This document shows positions 10,967 through 23,777 of a DNA stretch of 64,000 nt, in pieces. Numbering within the stretch: the first letter of the stretch is position 1; the number at the start of each line of letters is the position of its first letter. Where the stretch lies: contig NC_057718.1 of assembly GCF_004010195.1 (NCBI RefSeq), positions 65,484,287-65,548,286 on the forward strand, in the 5' to 3' direction. A program made the translations under genes and the position numbers. The DNA comes from Chiloscyllium plagiosum. Taxonomy: Eukaryota. The notes beneath the pieces were generated by a model, which was not told the origin of the DNA, searched no databases, and saw only the letters and a list, made by a program, of their open reading frames with translations.

Positions 10967-11970
10967 TTTGGAGAAGATGTGTAGCTGAGGTTGTGGATCA
11001 GATTTAGGTTTGCTTGCTGAGCTGGTAGATTTGTTCTCGGATGTCTCATTACCATGCTAGGTAACATCATCAGTGAGCCTCCAATGAAGCGCTGGTGTTC
11101 TGTCCTGCTTGCTATTTATCTGTCTAGGTCTGTTGGGGTGGGTGATATCACTTCCGGTTCTGTTTCTGAGAGGTTGGTAAATGGGGTGCAAATCGATGTG
11201 TTTGTTAATAGAGTTCCGGTTTGAATGCCAACCTTCTTAAGACTTCCCATGTGTGTCTTTGTTTAGCCTGTCCCAGGATGGATGTATTGTCCCAGTTGAA
11301 TGTGTGTTGTGTGTGAGCCACTGATAGTTGGTCATGTCTTTTCGTGGCTAGTTGGTGCTTGTATATCCTGGTGACTGGTTTCCTGCCCGTCTGTCCAATG
11401 TAATGTTTGTCGCAGTCCTTGCAGGGTCTCTTATATATGACGTTCATTCTGCTCGTTATTAGTTCGGGATCCTTTAGATTCATCAGGAGCTGTTTAAGTG
11501 TGGTGGTACTTTTGTGGGTTACCATGATGCCTAGGGGCCAGACTAGTCTGGTCGTCATCTCTAAGATGTCTTTAGTGTATGGCAGGGTGGCTAGAGTTTC
11601 TGGGTGTGTTGTCATCTTGTTTAGGTCTATGGTGTAGGAATCAGCAGATTATGCTTATTGTGTATCTGTTCCTGAATGCTATACGTTGTATAGGTGTTTT
11701 TCCTTGGCTTCTTTTAGTTCCTGGGTGCTGCAGTGTGTTGTGGCTCATTTTAAATAATGTCCTGATGCATCTCTGTTTGTGGGTGTTGGGATGATTGCTC
11801 CTGTATTTGAGTATCTGGTTTCCTGTGAACTCTGGTCTGTAGCTGTCCACTGGCTTTGCGTTCTACCGTGACGTCTAGGAAAGGGAGTCTTGTTGTTCGC
11901 TTCCTCTTTGGTGAACTTTATACCGGTAAGGATGTTGCTTGTGTTTGTGACACCTTTTTTGTTATCACGA
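10967..11970 (-). mobile_element. Penelope-like element (family C-related), RT C-terminus, GIY-YIG and pLTR
   Basis: ORFs 11641-11850 (YRSNHPNTHK) and 11205-11615 (NVIYKRPCKDCDKHYIGQTGR); decayed HHR at 11036-11077. Confidence 0.92.
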
Positions 11971-12575
11971 AACCCAACAAATTAAAAGAAACCCGCAAAC
12001 CCGTTTAGAAATTTTATTCCTAGCCCATCTTTGTCTATTTGCGTGACCACCCTAAATCTCATTGAGTTATGGTCACTAACTCAAAAAATACTCCTGAACT
12101 CAAGTCTTCACTGGCCTGGACTGATTTACAATATTACATCCAGAATGGCCCACTTCCTTATTGGGATTTCGAGGTATTACCTAAAACAAAACATTCTCCT
12201 GAATAATTCAAGAATTTTACTCATTACCAATCCTGCACACTAAACCTGTCCCAGTTGATATTTGAGTAGTTAAAATCTCCTATTATTACTGCCTAATTAT
12301 TGTTGTATATCTCTGAAATTTGATCTTCTGCTTCTTTGCTTGCTTGGGGTCTCTAATAAACACTCAGTGTATTTGTGCCTTTGTTTTTTTTAACTTTTAT
12401 CCATATGACCTCATTCCAAGATATCATCCTTCCTAACTGCTGTAATTGATTTCTTCATCAATATTGCAACCCCCAACTTCTATCTACCTCTCTACCTTGT
12501 CAGAATTTCTTATAACTGACCAATGTTGAGCTATAAATCCTGCTCATCTTTCAGCCAAGGCGGTCATTTCCTGAT

Positions 12576-12937
12576 TGAAGTTAAAAATCTTGCAATACCA
12601 GGTTATAGTCCAACAGGTTTATTTGGAGGCAATAGCTTTCCAGGCACAGCTTCTTCAGGTGGTTGTGAAGCAGGACCATAAGACCCAGAATTTATAGCAA
12701 CAGATTAGTTTCGTGCAGTTGAAATGATATCTAGGTTTGTTCAATATAATCATTTCCCCTACTTGAGACTGTAATCTTTTGCTATAAATTCTGTGTCTTA
12801 AGGTCCTGCTTCACAACCACCTGATGAAGAAGCAGTGCCTCGAAAGCTAGTGCCTCCAAATAAACCTGTTGGACGATAACTTGAAGTTGTGATTTTTAAC
12901 TTTGTCTATCTCAGTCCAACACCGGCATCTCCAAATC
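12576..12937. mobile_element. Fold-back PLE family A mini-element (longer arms)
   Basis: Inverted arms ~12578-12730 / ~12745-12902 plus tail; TSD CATTTCCTGAT at 12565-12575 and 12938-12948. Confidence 0.88.
12818..12852 (+). ncRNA. Minimal hammerhead motif (core intact, one stem II mismatch)
   Basis: CAC-CTGATGA-A-GAAGC-AGT-GCCTC-GAAAGCTA-GTG. Confidence 0.7.
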
Positions 12938-13705
12938 CATTTCCTGATGAATTCCCCTTAATTTGGAAAAATTTCAGCAGTTGCTAATTTCATCGTATTT
13001 ATGAAAACATTATTTCCAAGTGGTTGTGGGATTCACAGTTTATGCAAAACTGGATTTGTGCTAGAATTCAGAATTGTAATGCAAACAGACTAATTTGATA
13101 CTAATTGGAAATTGCAGAAGATTGTCGTAGGTGTGGACCTATTTAACCTAAAGGTGAATTGTTGCTCATGTGGCAAGACCCCCATGCTAAGCTATGGAGA
13201 TACCTTTTAATAATTTAATAACCTTAAACACACTGCAGTTGGACATGGTATATGTGCAATTGAAAATTTCTCACTGTAAGACCTCCGAATACACTTACTG
13301 TTCTAAAGTGGAGCTTTTCCTTTTGCTGCATTAGCCAATTTTATGAGTCTCCAGAATGAAATGACCAAAATAATGCCAAATTAAAGCTTATGTTTTGCAA
13401 TAGAACTACCTAAGCAGCAGACTGATTCATGCCTGGATTTATCACCCAGTGGTGAAGAAGTCATTGGTCATCTTCATTCAGTTTCTACATCTGTAGGCAA
13501 ACATCTAAATTTGAGATGGAAGTTTAATACTTCAATCCAGAAGAAACTGGGATTGAAAATATTAAATAATACTGATGCAAAGCTGTCAAATATCTAATTT
13601 TTGAAAAGAAACAGGCTCTGCTGATACTATTGTAGACAACCAGTTTTGCACAAGATTTTATTTTAATATTCTACCTTCCACGCTAATTTAGCTGGCTAAA
13701 ATTAA

Positions 13706-14165
13706 AAATGAATGCTCAGTGAAGTTTCCACTGAAGATGAGCATCCAGGTGCATTAGGCAGTAAAGAAGGCAAATGATGTGTTGGTCTTAGAGTACATGA
13801 GCAGGGATGTTTTGTTGCAATGATACAGGGTCTTGGTGAGTTAATATGTAGAATATTGTGTGCAGTTTTGGCGTCCATCAGAGATGAAGTTGAGTTGTTT
13901 GTGATTATGCTGGCTGGAGTTTGGAAGTATGTTGGGGTGGAAAATTCATAGAAACCTATAAAATTAAACAAGACCAGATAGGGACTATACAGGAATGATG
14001 TCCTTGATGGCAGGGCAGTCCAGAACCAGGGGTCACAGTCTAAGGGGAAAGAATCAAATATAGCTTTTGGAGATAAGGAATCAAAGGAATTAGGGGAAAA
14101 GCAGGAACAGGCTATTAAACTGGATGATGAAACTGTCAAATGGCCTACTCCTGCTCCTATTCTGT
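13706..14165 (+). mobile_element. Old CR1 LINE 3' fragment
   Basis: EYCVQFW-like sequence (GAATATTGTGTGCAGTTTTGG) and 3' UTR AATGGCCTACTCCTGCTCCTAT. Confidence 0.7.
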
Positions 14166-16242
14166 GTTTATTTTTGTTTCTGTTTCCATTGTCTGATTGT
14201 GGGCAGTCAGAATATGTAACTTGCTGCATTAGTGTCACAGATTGCTTCAAGAAATAATGCACCATTATATCCCTTTCAGAAACTCTGGGTACTATTTACT
14301 TATTAGTAATAGTTTTTTTTTGTTAATGAATAAAACACTAACTTGATCATCATGAAGTGAAGTGAGCTATTCATGTGTACCACTGCATCTACTGCCACTT
14401 TTTAAATTTTCAGTTCTCTTTGAAGTTTGTTTTGGGGGGGCGGGGATGGACAGAGTGAAACATGAGTGCAAACAGCTGTTCACTGAATGTCATGGAACTG
14501 GGCCTAATATCAGGTTGAGGTCAGCATTCACAGATCATACTGGTTTCTTAAAATGCAAGAATGAAAGTGTCTGGTCACTAAAATTACAAAGTGTAATTTT
14601 GATGTCACCTTAATAACTAGAAATTAATGAAGGGCTGAACCTGAATCTTCCATTTTGGATATGCAGTGTGATTTATGGGCATACATTATCTTGGCAGCTG
14701 CATTTTGTTTTCGAAGCAAATTTGATAACTGAAAATAAACATGCTGTGATCTGCCTGAACGTCCAATTGTATGTTTATCAATGACAAATTGCCACAATAA
14801 TGTTTCTACCCTGAGCCACATAATTGATTTTTCAATGATGTTTCACATCTTGGAAAAAGAACAAAACAAACAGTCTTGAAACTCCTGACCTGGAAAAAGC
14901 AAAACATCTGTGTGTTAACTTGAGATTTCAAAATTACATTTAAAAATTAATTTTGTAACATTAATTGTTTGAATCTTTGTTCTACATGCTTTCAGACAAA
15001 ATAATGTACAGCACAGAATATTTCCTGAGCAATATGTTGTCTGGCATTTTCTTCCACAACAGGCTGTAGATGCTGCATGGATTGAAAATAACCAAAATGA
15101 TGTTGGCACCTTCTTACAGGGTATGGAATTAACATCTAAATCAGCCATGATCCGAGAACAGTTAGTCTATTCAGCCATATTCCTGGCTCTCACCAGGATT
15201 TGTATAATCACGAATTGTTTGTTTCGCAGATATTTTACTCCCTGGTGGTGCATTGAGTAATTTTTGCATTGTGATTAAATATAAATACCGAATGATAGTG
15301 TTGCACTTTCTAGAATTGCACAAATTGACTGGTACGTTGTGTTCATGCTCCTTGTTTTGGAAATGGCATTGCATTATGATGTAGAAATAACTGCTTGAAT
15401 TTGGAAAGTAGAAGGAAGCGTTCCTTTGGTTGGAATTGAAGATTTATTTTGAGAGGCATTTAATAAAACTAAATTTGTTTGCACGGCTCTGCTTGGTTTT
15501 GTGTTGGGAGAAGAAATCCCATTCTATAGTCTACCCTACCTGGAACGTTGGACCGTTTAACTCCATGAAGCCTGTTTGGTTCATTTTGATTATTGTTCAG
15601 TGCTGCAGATTATAAACACCTGAGGTCATACCTGACTGTGTGAAGCTGGGTTGTAATGCAAGATTAATTGAACATTGAGCTCATTGTCCTTTGGAAAGGA
15701 AGAGACTTTGAGCTGACTTAACTGAAGTTAATTGTTGTTTTCATATTGGTCTCCGAGGAATGCTTGAGCAGATGGCTCTCAATGCATGAAGCTGTCTCCA
15801 TGCAGCTGACTGCAACTTGAACGTAAATTTCCCAGATTTGTGAAGGCCAGTTGTTGTGAAGTCCAAAATGTGGGGAACTGGTGCTGAAAGTGTGTCGCTA
15901 ATGCCATTTTTAAATTGCATCTGGGAATATATATGTCACAGCATTTATTGTCCATCTCTGCTTGCCTTTTCGAGAAGGTCTTCAAGAGCTGCTGATTTTC
16001 TTCGTAACATTTGGATGCAATGGGGTGACTTGAGTGGATTGCAGAACTGAAGTTCAACATAGCTTCTATCCCTAAAGGGCATTATTGAATCAGTTTGGTT
16101 TTCATAGTTTGATAGCTTTGTGCTCAATTTTACTGATACTGGCTTTGTTTTCTAAAATAATAACAATCTTACTTTTAAAAACTGCTTTTTTAAAACAAGG
16201 GTATAGTTTGAATTTAGTTTTACAATCGTGGGACTTGCACAT

Positions 16243-17140
16243 GTCATAGATGTACAGCACGGAAACAGACTTGTCCATGCCGACCAGATATAACAACCAA
16301 ATCTAGTCCCACCTGCCAGCACCCGGCCCATGTCCCTCCAAACCTTTCCTATTCATCCTTGTAAATCTTTTCTGAACCCTTTCAAGTTTCACAACATCTG
16401 TCCGATAGGACGGAGGTCAGATTTGCAAGCAATATTCAAAAACTGGCCTAACCAATGTCCTGTACAGCCGCAACATGACCTCCCAACTCATATACTCAAT
16501 ATGCTGACCAGTAAAGGAAAGCATACCAAATGCCGCCTTCACTGTCCTATCTACCTGTGACTCTGCTTTCAAGGAGCTATGAACCTGCACTCCAAGGTCC
16601 CTTTGTTCAACAACACTCCCCAGGACCTTTTTTGCTTTTTCCAAAATGTAGCACCTCACATTTATCTAAATTAAACTCCATTTGCCACTCCTCAGCCCAT
16701 TGGCCCATCTGATCAAGATCCATTGTACACTGAGGTAACCTTCTTCACTGTTCACTACACCTTCAATTTTGGTGTCATCTGCAAACTTACCATCTCCTAT
16801 GCTCCCATCCAAATCATTTATATAAAATGATGCAAAGTAGTGGACCCAGCACTGATCCTTATGGCACTCCACTGGTCACAGGCCTCCAGTCTGAAAAACA
16901 ACCCTCCACCACCAACATCTGTCTTGTACCTTCAAGCCTGTTCTGTATCCAAATGGCTAGGTTTCCCTGTACTCCACGAGATCTAACCTTGCTCACCAGT
17001 CTCCCATGGGGAACCTTGTCGAACACTTTTTACTGAAGTCCATAGAGCACGCCTACTGCTCTGCCCTCATCAATCCTCTTTGTTACTACTTCAAAAAATT
17101 CAATCAAGCTTGATACATGATTTCCCATGCACAAAGCCAA
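16243..17140 (-). mobile_element. HER1/CR1 LINE 3' fragment with internal deletion
   Basis: ORFs 16417-16659 and 16666-16872 (KFADDTKI, DLGVQVH, LYRTLVRP); tail GTCATAGATGTACAGCACGGAAAC. Confidence 0.92.
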
Positions 17141-17989
17141 CGTGTTAAAGGGAGCTGATGGTTAAGAATTTGTAAATAAATCAAACCGTAAAACTTTGTG
17201 CATCTAGGTGCAAGTTTTCAAAATAGGATATTGGTTTGAAGGGAAATGATGCAACATACATTGACTTCTGGTATCTGTTTTTGGGAAGGCTGATGAAGCA
17301 GATGCCAGACTTGGATTTAAGAGTCTAGAGTCTGGGGATGAGGGGGAGAGGTGGAAAAACTGTCTTCACTCTTATCTAGAGTTTATATCTGTATTTGTGA
17401 CATGGAGATCAGAAGTAAACAAAATACTCCAGGTGAGATCAATCCTGTAGCAGAACAAGTAATGAGCTTCTACCACTGGCTTCCTGTGTATGTATACACG
17501 AAGATGTAATAACCTCCTTGCTAGATCTGCTAAGGCTTTTTTTCTGACCTATGTGAATGTGGCAAATTTATTTTGGGTTTGCTGCTGTTGAGAAGGGCAT
17601 ACATTGAAAATAGCAGCATAAAATGGCAAAGTAATTACCTGGAGGTTAGATGAGATAATTTATCTAAGTAAACACTGTGGATCTGTTTGTCTCTAACTGT
17701 AGCACAGATTTGGAGATGCTCACATAGGAGAATTGACCATTTGAAGTTTTAAACTTCTCAGACAATTCTCACACTGTTTTGTGCATCTGGGTTTTGTTTA
17801 TATCCAGGTTTTGGGTCTTCCACAAGACCAAAGGATTTTTATTTGCTTGTGTTCTTTTCACTTTTTGAACACTGTACAGCAATCCATATTGGTTGAAAAC
17901 GGTTTCTGGCAAATCACTGAAGTGCTGGTCATCTTTTTTAAAAAGATAAACTATATTCATTGTTTTAATCAGCATTGACTGGAAAACAC

Positions 17990-18352
17990 GGGTAACCAAT
18001 GAAGTATACTGGTATGGTTACTGTTGCATAGGGAAAATGGCAACCAACTTGTACATAGCTGTTTATTTGAATTACTATGATGACTTATGTTTTGGGAATG
18101 TTGATTTGAGGGATAACTCCCTTGTTTTTCTTTTGAGATAATGCCATGGAATATCTTAAATCCACCCACACAGGCTTGTGGCACCTTTTTTTGGTTGCAT
18201 GTCTTGTCACAGTAATGCCACCTTGAATGAAGCAGCACTCTGTTCATACTGTGCTGGAGTGTTGATGTAAATTTCTCTGCTCAGGCCATGGAGTTGGACC
18301 TGACTAAAACCTTGTGAATTGGGTAAAATGTGCTACCAATTGAACAACAGTT
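17990..18352 (-). mobile_element. Old Deu-domain (SacSINE1/AmnSINE-like) SINE; weaker copies near 26260-26560, 31085-31230, 32850-33150, 39930-40260
   Basis: GCAGCACTC..ATACTGTGCTGGAGTGT followed by a reverse tRNA-like head (TGCTACCAATTGAAC); family assignment is from memory. Confidence 0.55.
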
Positions 18353-18439
18353 AACACTTTTTTTTTGTTGCAAGGTAATCAGTTGGCCATAATTGGTGAA
18401 AAACTTAACAGCCTCATCTCTCTTTTTTTATTAAAACAT

Positions 18440-18900
18440 TTTTTCATCAGATGTGAGCATTGCTGGCAAGATTGACACCATATGCCCTTGGTGTGATAAT
18501 GAACCAGTTGTCTTGAACCAAAGCAGTCTATTTGGTGTAGCTGCAGCCATAGTGGTGGTCGAAAGGAAGATCAGGAATTTGAACCTGTGGCAGTGCAAGA
18601 ATATCAATGTAGTTTCGTATCTGAGTGTTGTTTGGCTGGTGGGGGAACCCAGCAAATAGTGATGTTCCTATGCATCTGTTGTCTTTATCCTTCTAGGTGG
18701 TTGGAGGTTGTGGGCTTGGAAGATGCTGTCCAAGGCATCTGTATGCATTTCTGCAGTGCATCCTGCAAATTCTACTCACGCCACTGTATCGATGGCAGAG
18801 GAAATGAACATTGAAGGCAGTGGAAAGGGTTCAGTCTAGCAGAGGGTTTCACAGCTGCTTGTGTTCTTGAGGTTGTATTCATCCCACAAAATGGGACGTT
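18440..18900 (-). mobile_element. Old L2/CR1-clade LINE 3' fragment (tail type shared with 21285-22400)
   Basis: GATGTGAGCATTGCTGGCAAG..TCTTGAACC..TTCTGCAGTGCATC shared with 21285-21600. Confidence 0.55.
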
Positions 18901-19757
18901 GTGATGTGCGGCATTCTGTCACATTCTGATTTTTGTCTTTTGATTTTGGCTAGTGTAGTTAGCCTGTCGTCAAAATTGGTATTCCTAAAATTGCTGAAAT
19001 TTTGTTTTGATTGCCTAGTTTTGTATTTTAGGGTCACTCAGAAAAAGTCATTTAAAAGCCCCATGCACAGTGCTGCATTCAGTCAGTACCAACTGAGGTG
19101 GCTGCATTTAATTGGTGTACTTTGTTTAACTTGCAATTTTTGACACCTCTGGAGAGGTGGGACATGAGCCCAAACCTTCTGGTTTAGAGGTAGGGAAGCT
19201 ACCACTGCACACAACAACTCTAGCCTTAAAACTGTACGTTGAAGAGACGAAGAAACTGACAATTTCTAATCTTGATGATCCAGTAACCAGTGCTGTAAGT
19301 ATGGCCCAAACCACCTGATCAGGGTTGGAATGACTATGCCTTACATTAATCAGACAGAAAACAGCTCATTGGGTAGAATATACCTCTTCTGTCCTAAAAT
19401 GCAGACTAATGTAATGTAGTATGTGAGACGCTGCTGTGATGATGATATGAAATGACATGTATAAACCTTTCAATAATCTAAGTTTCTGAGGGACTTTCCG
19501 CTAAACAGCTACTTTAGTTGATTGTGAACAGATCACTTATCGCATTGCACTTTTTTTCTTGTTTATTTTTCAAGACCCTGCTGGTGAGAGAACTTTTTTG
19601 TTAGGCGTGGCTAAATCCAAATTAAGTCTCAGCTTTCCCCCCCCCAATTTAAAGTAAAAGTACAGTTACAGACCACAAGTGTTGGTAAACTTGTGATCTC
19701 TGCATAAAGAGGATAGTATATTGTGAAATCAGAGCATTCTTATGACTTCTTTTCGAC

Positions 19758-20328
19758 TGTGAGGATCCACTTCTGTTGTCCTCTTTATCCCCCCTCAGTC
19801 AAAGCAGAATACTCAGAGACACAGTATACTTTTACGTCCTTTATTCCAGGCCCTGGAGAGAGGGAGAACGATCACCCATGTGCACAGAGACATGAGATCT
19901 CGGTCTTCTCTCTTGAACAACAGTTTCTTAATTAATTATATAGTCATTTTACAGAGAGGAGCATCCAGATAAGGCAATATACATATCATTTGCATAACCA
20001 TTACAATCAGTAAGTGTCAATAGCAAAGATTAAGCCATCTGCTGATATACAATGAATGTTCTTAATCTTAACTGGCTTCACACAATTCATAGTTTTCACC
20101 TGTTAAATAGCTCTACACAATGAATGCTTTTCCACCTTGTTAGTCCATTACCCTTGCCTCCAGCACCCTATTGTTGACTCTCTAAGTGCTTATCAGATCT
20201 GAGTCATGCTTAGCGGAACCTCTTGTTTCACAAACTCAGAGCTTAACTCTTTGCCTGCTTGCCTGCCTGCTTATATCCTATATGCAAATATATAGGTGTG
20301 AGGGTTCTGTAAAAACTACTTCTCCACA
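19758..20328 (-). mobile_element. Probable LTR (3' LTR, 571 bp) with adjoining polypurine tract
   Basis: Minus strand TGTG...CACA termini; TATATAA then AATAAA in U3-R-U5 order; purine tract AAAAAAAAGTGAGGAAGAAGAGA directly 5' (20329-20351). Confidence 0.65.
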
Positions 20329-20479
20329 TCTCTTCTTCCTCACTTTTTTTTGTCAGCACTGACAACTTTGCCAGTATTTATTCCCGGGCAGTTTATGAGC
20401 AGATGCAACTAGGTTTAATAGTTTACCCAACCCTTTTCTCCCTTTCTACCTGATTTGTCTATTTGTCATAGTCGTACAG

Positions 20480-20845
20480 CATGGAAAGCAGAAAAGATTT
20501 ATAAGGATGTTACTGTGACTGGGGGAGTTTGAGTTATAAGGACAGGTTGGGACTTATTCCCCTGATGCGTAGGAGATCTCAAAGATCATGAGCATAGGTT
20601 GAATAGTCAAGGTCTTTCTGCAGAGAGTTGAAAGCTAGAGGGCATACGCTTAAGGTGAGAGAGGGGAAGGATATAAAAGGGATCTGAGGGGCAACCGTTT
20701 CACACAGGGTTGTGTGTTAATGAAACAAGCTGCCAGACGAGTGGTTGAGGTGGGGACAATTACAACAATTAAAATACATTTGCATAGGTACTAGAGGAAA
20801 GGTTTAGAGGGATATGGGGCAAATGGGACTAGTTCAGTTTAGGAA
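20480..20845 (+). mobile_element. CR1 LINE 3' fragment
   Basis: AGAAAAGATTTATAAGGATGTT..GAGGGCATACGCTTAAGGTGAG..GGTTTAGAGGGATATGGG. Confidence 0.8.
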
Positions 20846-21284
20846 ACCTTTTGTTATAATTAATGTGTCCAATTGTGTTCCAATGGTGCCCCCTCACATT
20901 TCTTATACTGATAGCCATCCAATTTTTGAAAGGCCAAATCTCCTCCGCTGAAAGGCTATCTCCTCTTAATCTCCTGCTAAGTTAGGCAACTTAATACTGG
21001 GCAATGCAGACTGGATTGACTTACAGTAAAACGATTTTTTAGAATGATTAGCTTTAAAGTCCTATTTGGTAGCTAATTTTATTTGCATTTTATCCCCCTG
21101 TTTTAATATTCAATGCAGTTCTGTTGTGATTTATTTCTGTGCCATTTGAATGTAGTATTAAATGTATTTGCCAAATCTAGCTTTCCAAAATAAGTGAAAT
21201 AACTGTAGGCAGGGTATAAGGGGAAATGTGATAATGCTTCAATCATGTTAGTTTAATTAATTTGTCAAAAGTTATTATTGAGTA

Positions 21285-22400
21285 TGTTCATGACTAGGCC
21301 AGCATTTGTTGTTCTCTAGTTCCTCTGGAGAAGGTGGTGAGGGGCTGCCTTGAATTACTGCAGCCTATGTGTTGTAGGGACACCCACAGTGCTTCAAGAG
21401 GGGAGGGAGCTCCAGGGTTTTTGACCCAGTGACACTGAAGGAGCAGTGATATATTTCCAAATCAGGAACGTGAGTAGCTTGGAGGGAAATTTGGCCGCCC
21501 TTGTCCTGTGATAGGGCCCACAGGTGCTGTCTCAGGAGACTTGGTGAGTTTCTGCAGTGCATCTTGAAGTAGTATGCCCTGTTGCCATGAGCAACTGGTG
21601 TAGTCCATCGTTGATTTATTGTAACATCCAGGATATAATGGTGTATTCAGTGTTGGTAATGTCACTGCATGTCTAAGGGTGATAGTTGATTATGTCTCAC
21701 TGAAGATGATAATTGCCCAGCACACTTGTGCTTCACTGTTACTGTAACTCAGCAAGACCTGGTGTTGACTCCAGAAAGACTGTTTTAGTATTTGGGGAGT
21801 TTTGAATGGTGCTGAACATCATCCACAAATGTCAGCTTTTGACCATACGGTAAAGGAAAGGCCATTGATAAACCAACTAAATATGATTCAGCTTGGGGCA
21901 TTACCTGGAGAAACACCTGTTGACATCCTGTGGTGGTGATGACTTGCCTCCAACAATAATCATTATCTTATGCTCAGTAAGACTTTGGAGAGTTCTTGCC
22001 CTGATTTCCATTGACCCCAGTTTTGCTAGAGTTCTTTGATGCCATACTTAGTCAATTGTAGCCTTAATTGCAAGACCAGTCACGCTTGCCTTGATTTGAG
22101 CTCATTTGTCCATTTGGACCAGGGCTGTAATGTGGTCATGAGCAGAATGGCCCTATCAGGACCCTGAGTGAGTGAGTATTCATTCTTGTTGTACAAGTAA
22201 CACTTGATAGCTCAGTGGTTGATCCCTTCATTTCTTTGGAGGATAGACTAAGTGTGCAATAACTTGTACTTTTTTATGCATTAGTCATAACTAGACAATT
22301 TTCCACATTGCCAGGTAGGTGCTAGTGTAGTAGCTGTACCAGATCAGCTTTTGCTAGAGAGGCAACCAATTTGGGAGCAAATGTCTTTAGTAGTATTGCT
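21285..22400 (-). mobile_element. Old L2/CR1-clade LINE (RT remnant and 3' tail); related pieces at 28920-29345 (-) and 57225-57362 (+)
   Basis: Reverse of the AAGGCAGC(T)CACCACCTTCTC..AAATGCTGGCC tail; AMWKI-like sequence at ~22300. Confidence 0.65.
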
Positions 22401-22914
22401 GGGAGATCTACCTCAATACTTGAGTTGCTCCATCATCTATACTACTTTATTTATATTCTACATCTATTTATTTCTTTGACTCTGCCTAATAGCCTTTAAG
22501 CATAAACTTGAGCAGGAAATAGTTTTTGCTCCCCTACTACTTTTTTCTAATGAATCTGCTGTTATTACACTGTTCGAGCCGGTGGGGCTTAAACCTGGGC
22601 CCTAAACTGGAGTATGACTAGTGTACTACAAGCACCCCTTGCCACCTCGCGCACACCTTTTGCATACCCATGTATCAGGAGTGCAGTTGGAGGTCTTCTG
22701 TGTGTATACAGGTTTTTGAGGCAAGAGATGTTGCTTGAATCTGTCTACCTGGATGTTTTTAAGTTTTTTTCATTTAATCCAGTAGAACTTGGGCCAGTTT
22801 TCCCTGGTGACTTAAATACATGCAGATCAAAGCTACAGCTTTCTTTATTTGCTTTATCTTAACTGACACCAACTGATCACAAGCTGGAGTTAGACTTCAA
22901 TTCTAATACTATTG

Positions 22915-23060
22915 AATGCAAGTTTGTTCGCTGAGCTGGAAGGTTCGTTTTCAGACGATTCATCACCATACTAGGTAACATCATCGGTGAAGCACTGGAC
23001 TAAGTATTTGTGATTAGGTTTCCTTAGGTGGTTGATGTCATTTCCTGTGGTGATGCTATT
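22915..23060 (-). mobile_element. PLE family C-related pLTR fragment with decayed HHR
   Basis: Matches 11008-11150; reverse TTCA-CCGATGA-T-GTTACC-TAGTAT-GGTGAT-GAATCGTC-TGAA. Confidence 0.75.
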
Positions 23061-23489
23061 ATTTTTTTCCCTACCCAAAAGTATGCATCCAATGTTAAAG
23101 TTCATGTACTTCTGCATTTTAAATTTTATATTGCTTTCTATTGCCAGCGTATGGCTAAGAAAGCTTTCGAGCAGCTCTTTTCCATGAGTCAACAAATAAT
23201 TCAAGGTTAATCATGTACAGAGACTTCTTGCTCCATGAAGCTAACCGCCTTGAAATATTTCCACTGAAGATTTGGCTAAGATCAAGTTTTTCGAATTGTA
23301 AATATGAACTATTATTCTATAATAGTATTTGATCACCGGTATTGGGATTTTTTTGTTGAGCTCATACTAATTGTCTAAATTTTAAACTGTAATTTTCAAT
23401 TAAGAACCGAATGCTTAAGACAAACATATTCATGAATACGTTATTTGGGGAAAAAAAAAATCGCATTTTGTGAACTAAAATTGTAACTA

Positions 23490-23777
23490 CCCTGTATTCC
23501 AATGGGAAATTTGGGACTTTGGGCAAGAGTTGAAAGATGCTATAGGAAACATGGATGTGTTTGATATGACTGAGTAGTTGGTCTGGGTGTCGCCAAGGGG
23601 TTGGTCTCTTGAGAATGCTGAAAGGAAGGGAAAAATGTATTTCATGCTGTCATGGGGGGGATGGAAAATAATGGCAGGTGATTTGTTGTAACGGAATGGG
23701 TGGATGTTGAGGACGTGAGGAAATCCATCATGGCTTTGGTAGGTAGAAGTGAGAGCAAAATGGTATGAGAACAGCAA
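23490..23777 (-). mobile_element. Old PLE ORF fragment
   Basis: KYIFPFLSAFSRDQPLGD resembles the PLE linker also seen near 43110-43150. Confidence 0.5.

Larger units (their letters stand above)
9776..12560 (-). mobile_element. Old CR1 LINE fragments (3' end at ~9776; endonuclease region ~12000-12560), split by PLE insertions
   Basis: Reverse-strand CR1 tail, WQMEFN-like sequence at ~10520, IIGDFNY at ~12270. Confidence 0.7.
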
